The notes below the pieces were generated by a model. The model had not been told where the DNA came from and ran no database searches. It worked only from the letters and a program-made list of their open reading frames with translations. A program made the position numbers and the translations under genes. Shown here one piece after another: positions 50,303 to 59,783 of a stretch of DNA of 64,000 nucleotides. Source of the stretch: a bacterium (GTDB lineage Bacteria; Electryoneota; Electryoneia; Electryoneales; Electryoneaceae); assembly GCA_963669175.1 (NCBI GenBank), contig OY769902.1, forward strand, positions 32,001 through 96,000. The letters are read 5' to 3'. Positions within the stretch are counted from its first letter, which is position 1; every line of letters begins with the position of its first letter.

Positions 50303-52093
50303 CTACTCAAATCTCGCCCGCAGATCTTTAATATCCGCTTCACGGCGTTGTTCATTCAACCAGTCTGTATAAACCTGTTGACGTTTTTGCTGAACCCGTT
50401 GCTCCATGTATATCGCTTTATGCCGTTCCCATTCCCCCGGATCAGGATCGTCCAGCTTGTCCAGGCGCACGATAATGAAGCCGTTGTTGACCTGGATCGG
50501 ATCACTGCATTCGCCGGGTGAAAGACTGAGCACTGTCTTCACGAAAACAGAATCCCCTTCCAGCCCGGACCCATTCGCGGAACGTGAAATCCAGGACCGT
50601 GAGCTTATAAACTGGATATCTTTTTCTTTAGCGATGCTTTCCATGGCATTGCCACGCACCAGCTCTTCACGGAGATCCAATGCGACCTGGCGTGCTCTTT
50701 CCTGTTGTTTACGATAGAGTAGACGTTCCCGCAAGGCCTCCTTCGCCTGTTCAAACGTCTGCATCTCCTCCGGGATATCACCCACAGCTTCAAACACCCC
50801 AAACTTGTTCCCGAACCGCTGGGGAGCGCTGATGGTTCGCAGGGGAGCGCTCAACAGGAAATCGGCCAGCTCCTTTTTATAGCCGAATCCCGGGATCTGG
50901 CCGCTGTCATCCAGCGCATCAATAGCGTCCACTTTCACCGAATACATACGCGCTGCATTGGTCATGCCCATCCGTGCGGCATCTTTCCTGAAGCTTTCTG
51001 CCGAAGCTTCCAGTTTCGCCGGATCGCTGGGCTGCTGGAGTATGGCCACGAGAATATGACGAATATTCACTTCTTCGGAAGGGCCATTACCACGTCTGCC
51101 TTCTATCTTTACCAGGTGATAGCCCATCTGGGTCTCAACCGGCCCTACGACGTCCCCGACCTTACCATTGAACGCCGCATCCTCCAGTTCAGGCATGAGC
51201 CAGCCACGTTTCACCCACCCGATCAGACCGCCACGAGCTTTGGTGGGATCATTGCTCTCAACCGTCGCCAAACGTGCGAAATCTTCTCCACGATTCAAAC
51301 GATTCTGAAGAGTCTCGATCTTATGAAACGCAGCAGTTCGCATGCTTTCGGACGGTTTATCCTCAAAAACAACCACATTGACACGCCTGCGTGGGCCGAA
51401 ACGAAACTCCTCCAGGTGCTGCTGGAAATAAGCACGCAGCATCTCGTCTGTTAGTGCACTCGCATCGACTTCCATTTCGTAAAAGGGTATCCAGAGATAG
51501 CTCGCCTGTCCGCGCCTGTTTTGCTTCACATATTCCGCTTTGGCGCTGGCCTCATCCTGCGGAATGCTCTGCGCCAGTTCAGTCTGAACACGTTCACGTT
51601 GTAGAATCAGCATGATCAACTGTTCGATGCGCCCCACAACCGCACGGTTCTTCAGGTCATTGTAGAAAGTGACATACGTCTGCTTGTTGAATTTGCCCGA
51701 GGAATCCTGGAACCTCCTGTTTTGCAGCACCTGTATCGGTGGCGGATTGTTTTCGACCGCTTCCGCCAGGTCTGCCTGTTCAACCGGGACGCCATGATCC
51801 CGCAACCAGCGATCCAGCAAGGCAGCTTCGATCATTTCCTGGAAAATCTCTTCGCTGATATGACGTTCGATGGATGGCGTCAGTGTTCGCAGATCCCCCA
51901 GCACACGCTCATATTCAATCGCCTGGTTCACATTGGACTGGTAACGGCCCCAGTCGATAATCATATCATCAACCATTCCCGCCGCGCTGTCCGGGATTGT
52001 ACTGGTATCTTTTGCCGTCTTCTTTTCGCCACACCCGCTGAAAAGAAGCACGCTAACCACGAAAAGCAGTATTGCTGTACGGTACCAACGCAT
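50303..52093 (-). CDS. Parvulin-type peptidyl-prolyl isomerase lipoprotein (PpiD/SurA/PrsA-like)
   Basis: Lipobox LFSGC; GEDFARLA..ESNDP..RGGLIGW; GPVETQMGYHLVKI; IRHIL; probable start 52093. Confidence 0.88.
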   Translation of the reverse strand: MRWYRTAILLFVVSVLLFSGCGEKKTAKDTSTIPDSAAGMVDDMIIDWGRYQSNVNQAIEYERVLGDLRTLTPSIERHISEEIFQEMIEAALLDRWLRDHGVPVEQADLAEAVENNPPPIQVLQNRRFQDSSGKFNKQTYVTFYNDLKNRAVVGRIEQLIMLILQRERVQTELAQSIPQDEASAKAEYVKQNRRGQASYLWIPFYEMEVDASALTDEMLRAYFQQHLEEFRFGPRRRVNVVVFEDKPSESMRTAAFHKIETLQNRLNRGEDFARLATVESNDPTKARGGLIGWVKRGWLMPELEDAAFNGKVGDVVGPVETQMGYHLVKIEGRRGNGPSEEVNIRHILVAILQQPSDPAKLEASAESFRKDAARMGMTNAARMYSVKVDAIDALDDSGQIPGFGYKKELADFLLSAPLRTISAPQRFGNKFGVFEAVGDIPEEMQTFEQAKEALRERLLYRKQQERARQVALDLREELVRGNAMESIAKEKDIQFISSRSWISRSANGSGLEGDSVFVKTVLSLSPGECSDPIQVNNGFIIVRLDKLDDPDPGEWERHKAIYMEQRVQQKRQQVYTDWLNEQRREADIKDLRARFE

Positions 52094-52226
52094 GGTTGCC
52101 TCAGAATCGTTGTCTTCGAACGTGAAAAGATAGGCGACAGGCCATACAAATCCAACCGTCCGTTGCACAACCTTCATTTTCATGTTACAATCGGGTGAAG
52201 CTTTCTCGGACTGAAAGGAGTTACGG

Positions 52227-53603
52227 ATGCGCCGCCTGTTTCTGCTGCTATGCCTCGGACTGACGATTCCTGCGCTGAGCTTTGGACAACCTTTACAGGG
52301 AACGATTTACGGCGAAGTCGGTCCGGGTATTGTCCAGGTAAGCGACACCTGTTATGTCCCTGCCGACAGCATCCTGACCATCCTCCCCGGCACTACGCTT
52401 TCCTTCACCGGTCCGTTCTCCATCGAAGTTCAAGGCAGCGTCATGGCTGTCGGCAATGAAGCAGAACCTGTTCAATTCTGCAATGACGAGACTTCCAGTT
52501 TCGATTGGACCGGCTTCCGTTTCATCAATTCGGACAGCTCCAGCTTTGTGCATTGTTCTTTCGTCGATGCCATGGCCGGGGAACAATCTCCCGAATCCTA
52601 TGGCGGCGCGATTTATATGAACCGTGCTATCATCAATTTCGAGTATTGCACCTTCACCGGCAATTATGCCAGCAAAGGCGGCGCGCTGTATGTCTATAAT
52701 TCAACTGCCTACCTGACCTGTTCCCTGCTGGAAGAGAACAGCGCCCAGGTTGAAGGCGGCGCCTTGTATATCTCCGGATCCGATTTCACCATCTTCCGTT
52801 GCATTTTCAACAGTAACTCCGCCGTCACACGTGGCGGCGTATTTTCCATCCTCAATTCACCGGAAAGCATGTATAACTGCACCTTTATCAACAATGAAGC
52901 TGCTATCGGAGCGGCGATCTATCATATCAGCAATACCGTCCAGCTCTACAACAGTATCTTTGCCGGAAATATCGGCCAGTCAACGATAATCAACGACATG
53001 AACGCCAATTTCATCGCCCAGTATAACTGTTTTTACGAGAACGATGAGAATTTTGAGGGCGACAACCTGCACCCGGCCCTGGGCATGATCCTACGCGTGA
53101 ACCAGAACGGCGATTCCTGCGACTTCTTTTACAACCTCTATCGTGACCCGGTGTTATCGCCCTGGCGTGGTGATCACGGTGAAGTGTATATCCTGGAAAA
53201 CTCACCCTGCATCGATGCGGGAGATCCGGCCAGTGAGGTCTATGATCCGGACGGTTCAATCCCGGACATGGGTGCGTATCCCTATTCGGCGGATGATGTT
53301 ACCGATCCTCCGCAATCTTCAGCGATTCCGGGAACTTTTGCCTTCGAGGACGTCTATCCAAATCCCTTCAACGGGGACGTTACCATCGGTTACTCCTTGC
53401 CGTCCACGTCAGCGGTAAAGGCAGATGTGTATGCCCTGGATGGCCGTCTCGTGACCTCATTATCCGTCCCGATGCGGCAGGCAGGCAACGGTCAGGTTCA
53501 TTGGCGCCCGGACGTTTCTCTTTCCAGCGGGGTGTACCTGGTGAAGTTGACAGCAACAGATTTGAACATGACAGGACTGACAAAGGTGGTTTACGTCAAG
53601 TGA
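52227..53603 (+). CDS. Secreted right-handed beta-helix (Pmp-like GGA(I/L)/FxxN) protein with T9SS-type C-terminal domain
   Basis: YGGAIY, FTGNYASKGGALY, SPCIDAGDP..DPDGS.PDMGAY, VYPNPFN...SSGVYLVKL. Confidence 0.85.
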   Translation: MRRLFLLLCLGLTIPALSFGQPLQGTIYGEVGPGIVQVSDTCYVPADSILTILPGTTLSFTGPFSIEVQGSVMAVGNEAEPVQFCNDETSSFDWTGFRFINSDSSSFVHCSFVDAMAGEQSPESYGGAIYMNRAIINFEYCTFTGNYASKGGALYVYNSTAYLTCSLLEENSAQVEGGALYISGSDFTIFRCIFNSNSAVTRGGVFSILNSPESMYNCTFINNEAAIGAAIYHISNTVQLYNSIFAGNIGQSTIINDMNANFIAQYNCFYENDENFEGDNLHPALGMILRVNQNGDSCDFFYNLYRDPVLSPWRGDHGEVYILENSPCIDAGDPASEVYDPDGSIPDMGAYPYSADDVTDPPQSSAIPGTFAFEDVYPNPFNGDVTIGYSLPSTSAVKADVYALDGRLVTSLSVPMRQAGNGQVHWRPDVSLSSGVYLVKLTATDLNMTGLTKVVYVK

Positions 53604-53655
53604 TTGATTTTGTCTGATTTGTATGGATTTGGCTATCAATGATTTGCATGTTACA

Positions 53656-53785
53656 GAAAATCGGGACTGCTACACTTTTCTGCAGGAAACATACCTTTTA
53701 TACAAGACAAATGACTGTTTAGATAGATAAATACCGGTTTTCATAGAGAAATAAGAGCAGAAAAGGTAGCTGTCCCAAGATTTTC
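53656..53785. repeat. Inverted REP-like doublet (130 bp); sister of 26025-26153
   Basis: GAAAATCGGGACTGCTAC...AGGTAGCTGTCCCAAGATTTTC. Confidence 0.8.
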
Positions 53786-53879
53786 CCACTGGCATCGTGA
53801 TGAAGCAGGCGAAAAATCCGGTACAGTCACCTTTTCACCACCTCTGATTGTATTCTCTTGGATTTGAGAATATATATGG

Positions 53880-53962
53880 AAAAAGGGGACCGCTTTCTTT
53901 TGCACAAGGAAAGTAAGAGTGTTCTATTATGGCGCAAGGAAAAGGATTCCACCCCCTTTTTC
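53880..53962. repeat. Inverted REP-like doublet (~83 bp), AAAAGGGGAC family
   Basis: AAAAAGGGGACCGCTTTCTTTT / AAAAGGATTCCACCCCCTTTTT. Confidence 0.55.
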
Positions 53963-54030
53963 CCGGCAGTTTTATGGCGAAAAAAACCGAGTACTGCCAA
54001 GGTTCTAAAAATCTTGAATCCCCTTCGTTT

Positions 54031-54120
54031 ACCTCGAAGAGGTGAAACGTGAAAGGCGCGGTGCGTAAGCGCCGGGAAACAAATACACTTACCACCTTTC
54101 GATCCCGAAGGGATTGCACA
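54031..54120 (+). repeat. Three-hairpin REP-like unit; sister of 40972-41059
   Basis: ACCTC-GAA-GAGGT gaaacgtgaa.. CGGTGC-GTAA-GCGCCG ggaaacaaa.. ATCCC-GAA-GGGAT tgcaca. Confidence 0.75.
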
Positions 54121-54329
54121 ATCACTTCATGATCCAATTCGACGAAAAATTATCTTCTTCATCATTCCTCATTCTGCCCACCATATATTTTTACTATCTT
54201 GCTGAACATGTTGCTTGTGAGGATACCATCATGATCCTGCTGGAAAACTCATGGGGAGAACATTCCAGCGCATTCCAATTCCGACCGGTTGACAGTATCG
54301 CGATCTTTTTTCGTACGGGGGAGTGAACA

Positions 54330-57300
54330 ATGAATCGTATTTCGGTCAAACCCGCCTGGGTGGCATTCTTTCTGCTGGCGCTGCTTGCACTGTCCATACC
54401 GGGTTGTGAACAAGGGAACAGCGTTTTCATCAAGGAAGCGCAACCGCAGAATCCAGTCCCACGCACCAGCAATATCACCATCCTGTTTTCCACGGATATT
54501 GTTGGCAACGAACGTGTTGGCGAATCTTTTGACAGCGCCGACGTGACCATTGATCCCCCGTTCCCCGGCTGGTATCGCTGGATTGACACTCGTTCCCTGC
54601 AGTTTATGCCTACGGAACCTCTGCCGCCTTCCAGCCGGTTTACCTTTACCGTCAATTCCGGTGTAATTGAGGTTCCGGGCATCACCATGACCGGAAAAAA
54701 ATCCTTTGATATCTACACAACTCCCTTCTCCGTGCTGGCTGTTCACCATATTATGACCCCCTCATCAACCAATCCGAAGAATGCTATCCTTACTGTCCAG
54801 CTCACCTTCACCGACCCGGTCGAACCTGACGAAGTGCTGAACAATGTTCGTATCTACAGTGAGAACTCCAACCGTGAGATCGGTTTCACCCTGTTGAACC
54901 CTTCAGGCGCAGCGAGCGAATTCACACTTGTTACGGAAGACCTGGTCCGTCCGGAAAAAGAAAACAGCTTTGTTCGGGTTGAAGTTGACGCCGCCATCAA
55001 ATGCCTTAACGGAACCCTGCCGTTGGGGGAAACGGAAGCTCGCAAAGTCTCGCTGGAGAAGCTGGATGAGCTGAAAGTGAACAGCATTTCTCCATCCCAG
55101 CATGACAAGGCATTCAGCATTTCCATACGCTTATCCATTCCAATCGATCCGGTTGATGCCAGCAAATACATTGAACTGCAGCCGGAAATGGATTATGAGG
55201 TTGTGTCAGGCTATTCTGACCAGTTGCTGATTACCGGTGATTTCAAGCAGGAACAGCAGGTCCGGGTTATCCTGAAACCGGGATTGACCGCGTTGAACGG
55301 AAAACTCCTGGAAAAGGAATTCAGCCAGACAATCACCTTCCCCAAGCTGCAACCCTCGGTCTCCTTTGCATCACCCGGGAGATACCTGTCCCACAGTGGG
55401 ATGCAGAATGTGGCGCTGGAAGTGGTGAATATGGACAGCATACGTGTCCAGGTAGCCAAGATTTACACCAATAACCTGGTGCATTTCCTTCACAACGGTG
55501 GATTGGGCGGTCTTTACGGGAATACCGGCAATTATGGCACAACCGTTGTAAACGAATTGATTCCCATCTCCTCGCCTGACGGGTATCCGCTTGAGGTGCC
55601 GACACCCGTTACAGTCAACTTCGAAAACTTGCTGCGTGATAACCCGTCCGGTTTGTTCGTGATGACACTTCGCGACAATAACCGTTACTGGCGCAGCGAC
55701 AGCCGTTGCATCATGATCACTGACATCGGTATGATCGCCAAACGTGCGGAAGACGAGTTGCATGTCTGGGCTTTGTCCACCAGCACACTTCGCCCCTTGA
55801 ACGGTGTCCGGATTGAACTGCTCAGCGACAATAACCAGTCCATGGGTAAAGCGGTCACAGACGGTGAAGGTCATGCTATCATTCGCGGATTGAATGGACT
55901 GGAAGAGGATTTCAACCCGTTTGTCATTGCCGCGCAGCATGGTCAGGACTTTTCATTCCTTGATTTCGGAAGCAGTTACATCTCGACGTCAAACTTTGAC
56001 GTTGGTGGCGATAGTTACCATAGCAAACCGTTTGACGCCTGGTTGTACGGTGATCGTGATGTGTACCGTCCCGGCGAGACCGCGCATATCGCCTGTATCG
56101 TTCGTTCCACCAGCGGTCTGGTCCCCTCCAACTTCCCGGTTCGGATGAAGATAACCGACCCGGCCGGAAGAACTGTATTCGAGGAAAAGGGACGGTTGGG
56201 GCTGGAAAGTATGGATGAGTTCACCTTCGACATCCCTGCGTTTGCCCGTACCGGACACTATTACGCTCAACTCTACGCTACCGGTGACAACACTATCGGA
56301 GACTACAGTTTCCAGGTGGAAGAGTTCATGCCGGACCGGATCAAGGTGGGCCTTGAAACCAACGGAGACCAATTTGCACCCGGGGATACGATCAGAGTCG
56401 ATGTCACTGGTACCATGCTGTTCGGTCCACCCGCCTCAGGCAGACGTAGCGAAGCGGTCCTTACCATGACACCGACCTCGTTCCAGTCCGGAAATTGGTC
56501 CGACTTCACATTCGGGAACAGTGAACGCGAATTCTCCCGTCTGGAAGAAAACCTCGGTGAACAGAAACTGGACGACAATGGTATAGCGGAATTTGCCTAT
56601 GTCATCGGTGAAGGCAATCGTCCCCCGGCAGCGTTAAAGGGAAATATCCGCGCTACGGTATATGAGATGGGCGGACGTGCGGTGAATAATTATCAAAACG
56701 TAACGATTTACCCCTATTCCCGATACATAGGTGTCAAACGCCAGAACAGCGCCTACGCTGTACCCAATAAAGCGGAAAACATCCAGTTTGTTGTGATCGA
56801 TCCTGAAGGAAATCCGGTCAACACCGATAAGCTTGAAATTACCTTCTTCAAGTACAACTGGCGGACCAGCCTGGTTCGGGATCGCAACGGTCATTATTAC
56901 CGTTCCAACCGTGTACCGCAAATCATCGGACGAGAAACTGCGTCGTTTTCCGGCACTCAAGCGTCGGTGGAATTCACTCCCCCGACCTATGGCAGTTACG
57001 GCGTCCAGATCGAAGATCCGGAATCCGGCGCTTCTTCTTTGATCATGTTCTATGCCAGCGGCTGGGGATACAGTCCCTGGGCCATGCAGAACCCGGATCA
57101 GATAGAACTGGAACTGGATCGTGAGGCATACAAACCCGGACAATCGGCCAATGTTCTGGTGAAAGCGCCGTTCGGTGGAAAACTGCTGCTAACCGTGGAA
57201 CGGGATAACATCCTCTATTCCCGTTTGATCGCGATGGAGGGCAATACCGCAGAGATCAGCATTCCGGTTCGGAACAGCTTTGAACCGAATGCCTATGTCT

Positions 57301-59783
57301 GCGCCACATTGGTGCGTGCGGGACAGGATGTTGATCCCGAAGCGCCCATGCGCGCCATCGGGATTGTTCCGCTTATGATTGACATGAGCAGTCACCGCAT
57401 GGGATTGACCATTTCCGCCCCGAAAGAGATGCGTCCAAAACAACCGATGGAAGTCACCCTGACCGCACGCGGTGCGTCCGGGACAGCGGCGGTCACCCTC
57501 GCCGCTGTCGATGAAGGCATCCTGCAACTGACCAACTATCAGACGCCTGACCCGTACAGCTATTACTTCGGGAAACGTCAGCTAAATGTATCCACCTATG
57601 ACCTGTTCCAGAAACTGATGCCGGAAACCGAAGCGGCCAAGTTGCATTCCAGCCCCGGCGGCGGCAAAAGCGCGGCAGATATGGGGCATGTTTCCGCGTT
57701 GTCGCAGCACCGGGTCAAACCGGTATCGTTATGGTCAGGCATTGTGACCATGAACAGTGGCCGTGCGAAAATCAAGTTTGATATTCCCGAGTTCAACGGA
57801 CGCCTGCGTCTGATGGCGGTGGCGGTCGATGGGAACAACTATGACGCGGCCGAAAGCTACGTGCAGGTGCGCGATCCTGTTGTCCTGACCCCGACCTTCC
57901 CGCGTTTCGTTGCCGGTGGCGATAAGTTCCGCGTTCCGGTGAATGTATTCAACGGCACCGGGAAAACCGCATCCATCGTTGTCAAGCTGGATATTGAAGG
58001 CCCGTTGACGATTGACGGTGCGAATAGTCAGACAGTGGAAGTGCAGCCGGAAAAAGAGGGACAGGTTTTCTTCTCGCTGGAAGCGAAACATGCGCATGAA
58101 CTTGCCACGGCTACATTGACTGCCACCGGTGGCGGAGTTTCGGTTTCTGTGAAAACCACACTTCCGGTTCGTCCGCCAACCCAACCGCAAAGCTTCAGCG
58201 GGGCGAGTTCCTTCGAGGCAGGTAATAAAGTCACCATCAATCTGCCCGGCGATTTCGTAGAAGGGACAGATTCATACGCATTGCATGTTATGTCCACACC
58301 CGGCCTGGAATACTCGGCCAGCCTTGAATACCTGCTGAAATACCCATACGGATGTCTCGAACAGACCGCATCCTGTGCGTTCCCCTTGCTGTACTATGAT
58401 GATCTGGCCAAGCAGGTTTACCCGGACCAGTTCCACGATTCCGCGCCTGAATACTATGTCCAGGAAGCCATTACAAAGATCATCTCGTTGCAGAATTCGA
58501 ATGGCTCGTTCAGCTACTGGCCCGGTGATGATATGGAAACCCGCTACCCCTGGGCATCGATCTATGCTGCCCATTTCCTCGTGGAAGCAAAAGAGATGGG
58601 CTATGATGTTACTGATTCCGTTTTGAAACAGGCTCGCAGGTTCCTGAAAAATGTGGTTGACGGGAAATACGACTTTGAAACATCCTGGTTTTCACACTGG
58701 GGAAATACCCTGTCTTCCTCTTACCAGGAACGATACAACATGCGAATCCGTACTTACGCCATGTTTGTCCTGGCCATGATGGATAAACCCGAACGTGGCG
58801 CGATGAATGTGATCTTTGACCGGAAAAAGGACAAGCTTACCCCGGAATCACGCGCACTGCTGGCCGGAGCCTATGCCATGAGCGGTGATATGGCCACCGC
58901 GCGTGAACTCCTGCCCCAGAAAGCCTATCCGGAATCCGATCAAAACAGGCAGAACGGCTACAGCTTTTACAGCCAGACCCGTTCCGATGCGATCAACCTG
59001 CATGTGCTGGCCCACTTCCAGCCGGACAGCCCGGTTATTCCTGTCCTGGTCGAACGCTTAAAGAAACAATCTCACAGTGGCAGGTGGTACACAACTCAGG
59101 AAAACGCATGGGCGCTGCTTGCCCTGGGACGCCTGTATCATGGAATCGGCGATTCCGACTATACTGGACGAGTACTGGTGGATGGCAAAGAAACCGCCAC
59201 CTTCGATTCTGAACCATTTTCCATTTCGGCAAAGGATTGGGCAAACAAAAAGATAGAACTTAGCACCGAAGGGAAAGGCAGGTGTTTCTATTACTGGGAA
59301 GCACGCGGACTGCCTGAGAAGCCACAATACCTGGATGTCAACGAAGGTATGAAAGTCACACGAAATTACTACTCGTATGACGGTCAATCGCTGGCCCTTG
59401 ATGAGATCAAACAGGGTGACCTGGTTGTGGTGGAAATCATTGTCTCCAACACCAGCAGCCGGTATTGCCTGTTCAACGTGATCGTCGATGATATGCTTCC
59501 GGCTGGATTGGAAGTTGAGAATCCACGCCTGGAATCACGTCAGCAACTGACCTGGATCAATCGTTCCGGTATCCTGAACCCCACATCCATGGACATGCGG
59601 GATGATCGTGTCCTGCTGTTCCTTGACCTGAATTCCAGAAATGACCGCCGGTACTATTATTCTGCGCGTGCTGTAACGACAGGACGCTTTGCGCTGCCCC
59701 CGATCCAGGCGGAAACCATGTATGATCCTACGATCCGCAGTATCAGTTCTTCCGGGGTCATGGAGGTCAAACCCAGGAAATGA
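54330..59783 (+). CDS. Bacterial alpha-2-macroglobulin family lipoprotein
   Basis: Lipobox SIPGC; DRDVYRPGET; VEEFMPDR; AAVDEGIL; thioester YPYGCLEQ; YTTQENAW; DMLPAGLE; adjacent to pbpC. Confidence 0.96.
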   Translation: MNRISVKPAWVAFFLLALLALSIPGCEQGNSVFIKEAQPQNPVPRTSNITILFSTDIVGNERVGESFDSADVTIDPPFPGWYRWIDTRSLQFMPTEPLPPSSRFTFTVNSGVIEVPGITMTGKKSFDIYTTPFSVLAVHHIMTPSSTNPKNAILTVQLTFTDPVEPDEVLNNVRIYSENSNREIGFTLLNPSGAASEFTLVTEDLVRPEKENSFVRVEVDAAIKCLNGTLPLGETEARKVSLEKLDELKVNSISPSQHDKAFSISIRLSIPIDPVDASKYIELQPEMDYEVVSGYSDQLLITGDFKQEQQVRVILKPGLTALNGKLLEKEFSQTITFPKLQPSVSFASPGRYLSHSGMQNVALEVVNMDSIRVQVAKIYTNNLVHFLHNGGLGGLYGNTGNYGTTVVNELIPISSPDGYPLEVPTPVTVNFENLLRDNPSGLFVMTLRDNNRYWRSDSRCIMITDIGMIAKRAEDELHVWALSTSTLRPLNGVRIELLSDNNQSMGKAVTDGEGHAIIRGLNGLEEDFNPFVIAAQHGQDFSFLDFGSSYISTSNFDVGGDSYHSKPFDAWLYGDRDVYRPGETAHIACIVRSTSGLVPSNFPVRMKITDPAGRTVFEEKGRLGLESMDEFTFDIPAFARTGHYYAQLYATGDNTIGDYSFQVEEFMPDRIKVGLETNGDQFAPGDTIRVDVTGTMLFGPPASGRRSEAVLTMTPTSFQSGNWSDFTFGNSEREFSRLEENLGEQKLDDNGIAEFAYVIGEGNRPPAALKGNIRATVYEMGGRAVNNYQNVTIYPYSRYIGVKRQNSAYAVPNKAENIQFVVIDPEGNPVNTDKLEITFFKYNWRTSLVRDRNGHYYRSNRVPQIIGRETASFSGTQASVEFTPPTYGSYGVQIEDPESGASSLIMFYASGWGYSPWAMQNPDQIELELDREAYKPGQSANVLVKAPFGGKLLLTVERDNILYSRLIAMEGNTAEISIPVRNSFEPNAYVCATLVRAGQDVDPEAPMRAIGIVPLMIDMSSHRMGLTISAPKEMRPKQPMEVTLTARGASGTAAVTLAAVDEGILQLTNYQTPDPYSYYFGKRQLNVSTYDLFQKLMPETEAAKLHSSPGGGKSAADMGHVSALSQHRVKPVSLWSGIVTMNSGRAKIKFDIPEFNGRLRLMAVAVDGNNYDAAESYVQVRDPVVLTPTFPRFVAGGDKFRVPVNVFNGTGKTASIVVKLDIEGPLTIDGANSQTVEVQPEKEGQVFFSLEAKHAHELATATLTATGGGVSVSVKTTLPVRPPTQPQSFSGASSFEAGNKVTINLPGDFVEGTDSYALHVMSTPGLEYSASLEYLLKYPYGCLEQTASCAFPLLYYDDLAKQVYPDQFHDSAPEYYVQEAITKIISLQNSNGSFSYWPGDDMETRYPWASIYAAHFLVEAKEMGYDVTDSVLKQARRFLKNVVDGKYDFETSWFSHWGNTLSSSYQERYNMRIRTYAMFVLAMMDKPERGAMNVIFDRKKDKLTPESRALLAGAYAMSGDMATARELLPQKAYPESDQNRQNGYSFYSQTRSDAINLHVLAHFQPDSPVIPVLVERLKKQSHSGRWYTTQENAWALLALGRLYHGIGDSDYTGRVLVDGKETATFDSEPFSISAKDWANKKIELSTEGKGRCFYYWEARGLPEKPQYLDVNEGMKVTRNYYSYDGQSLALDEIKQGDLVVVEIIVSNTSSRYCLFNVIVDDMLPAGLEVENPRLESRQQLTWINRSGILNPTSMDMRDDRVLLFLDLNSRNDRRYYYSARAVTTGRFALPPIQAETMYDPTIRSISSSGVMEVKPRK

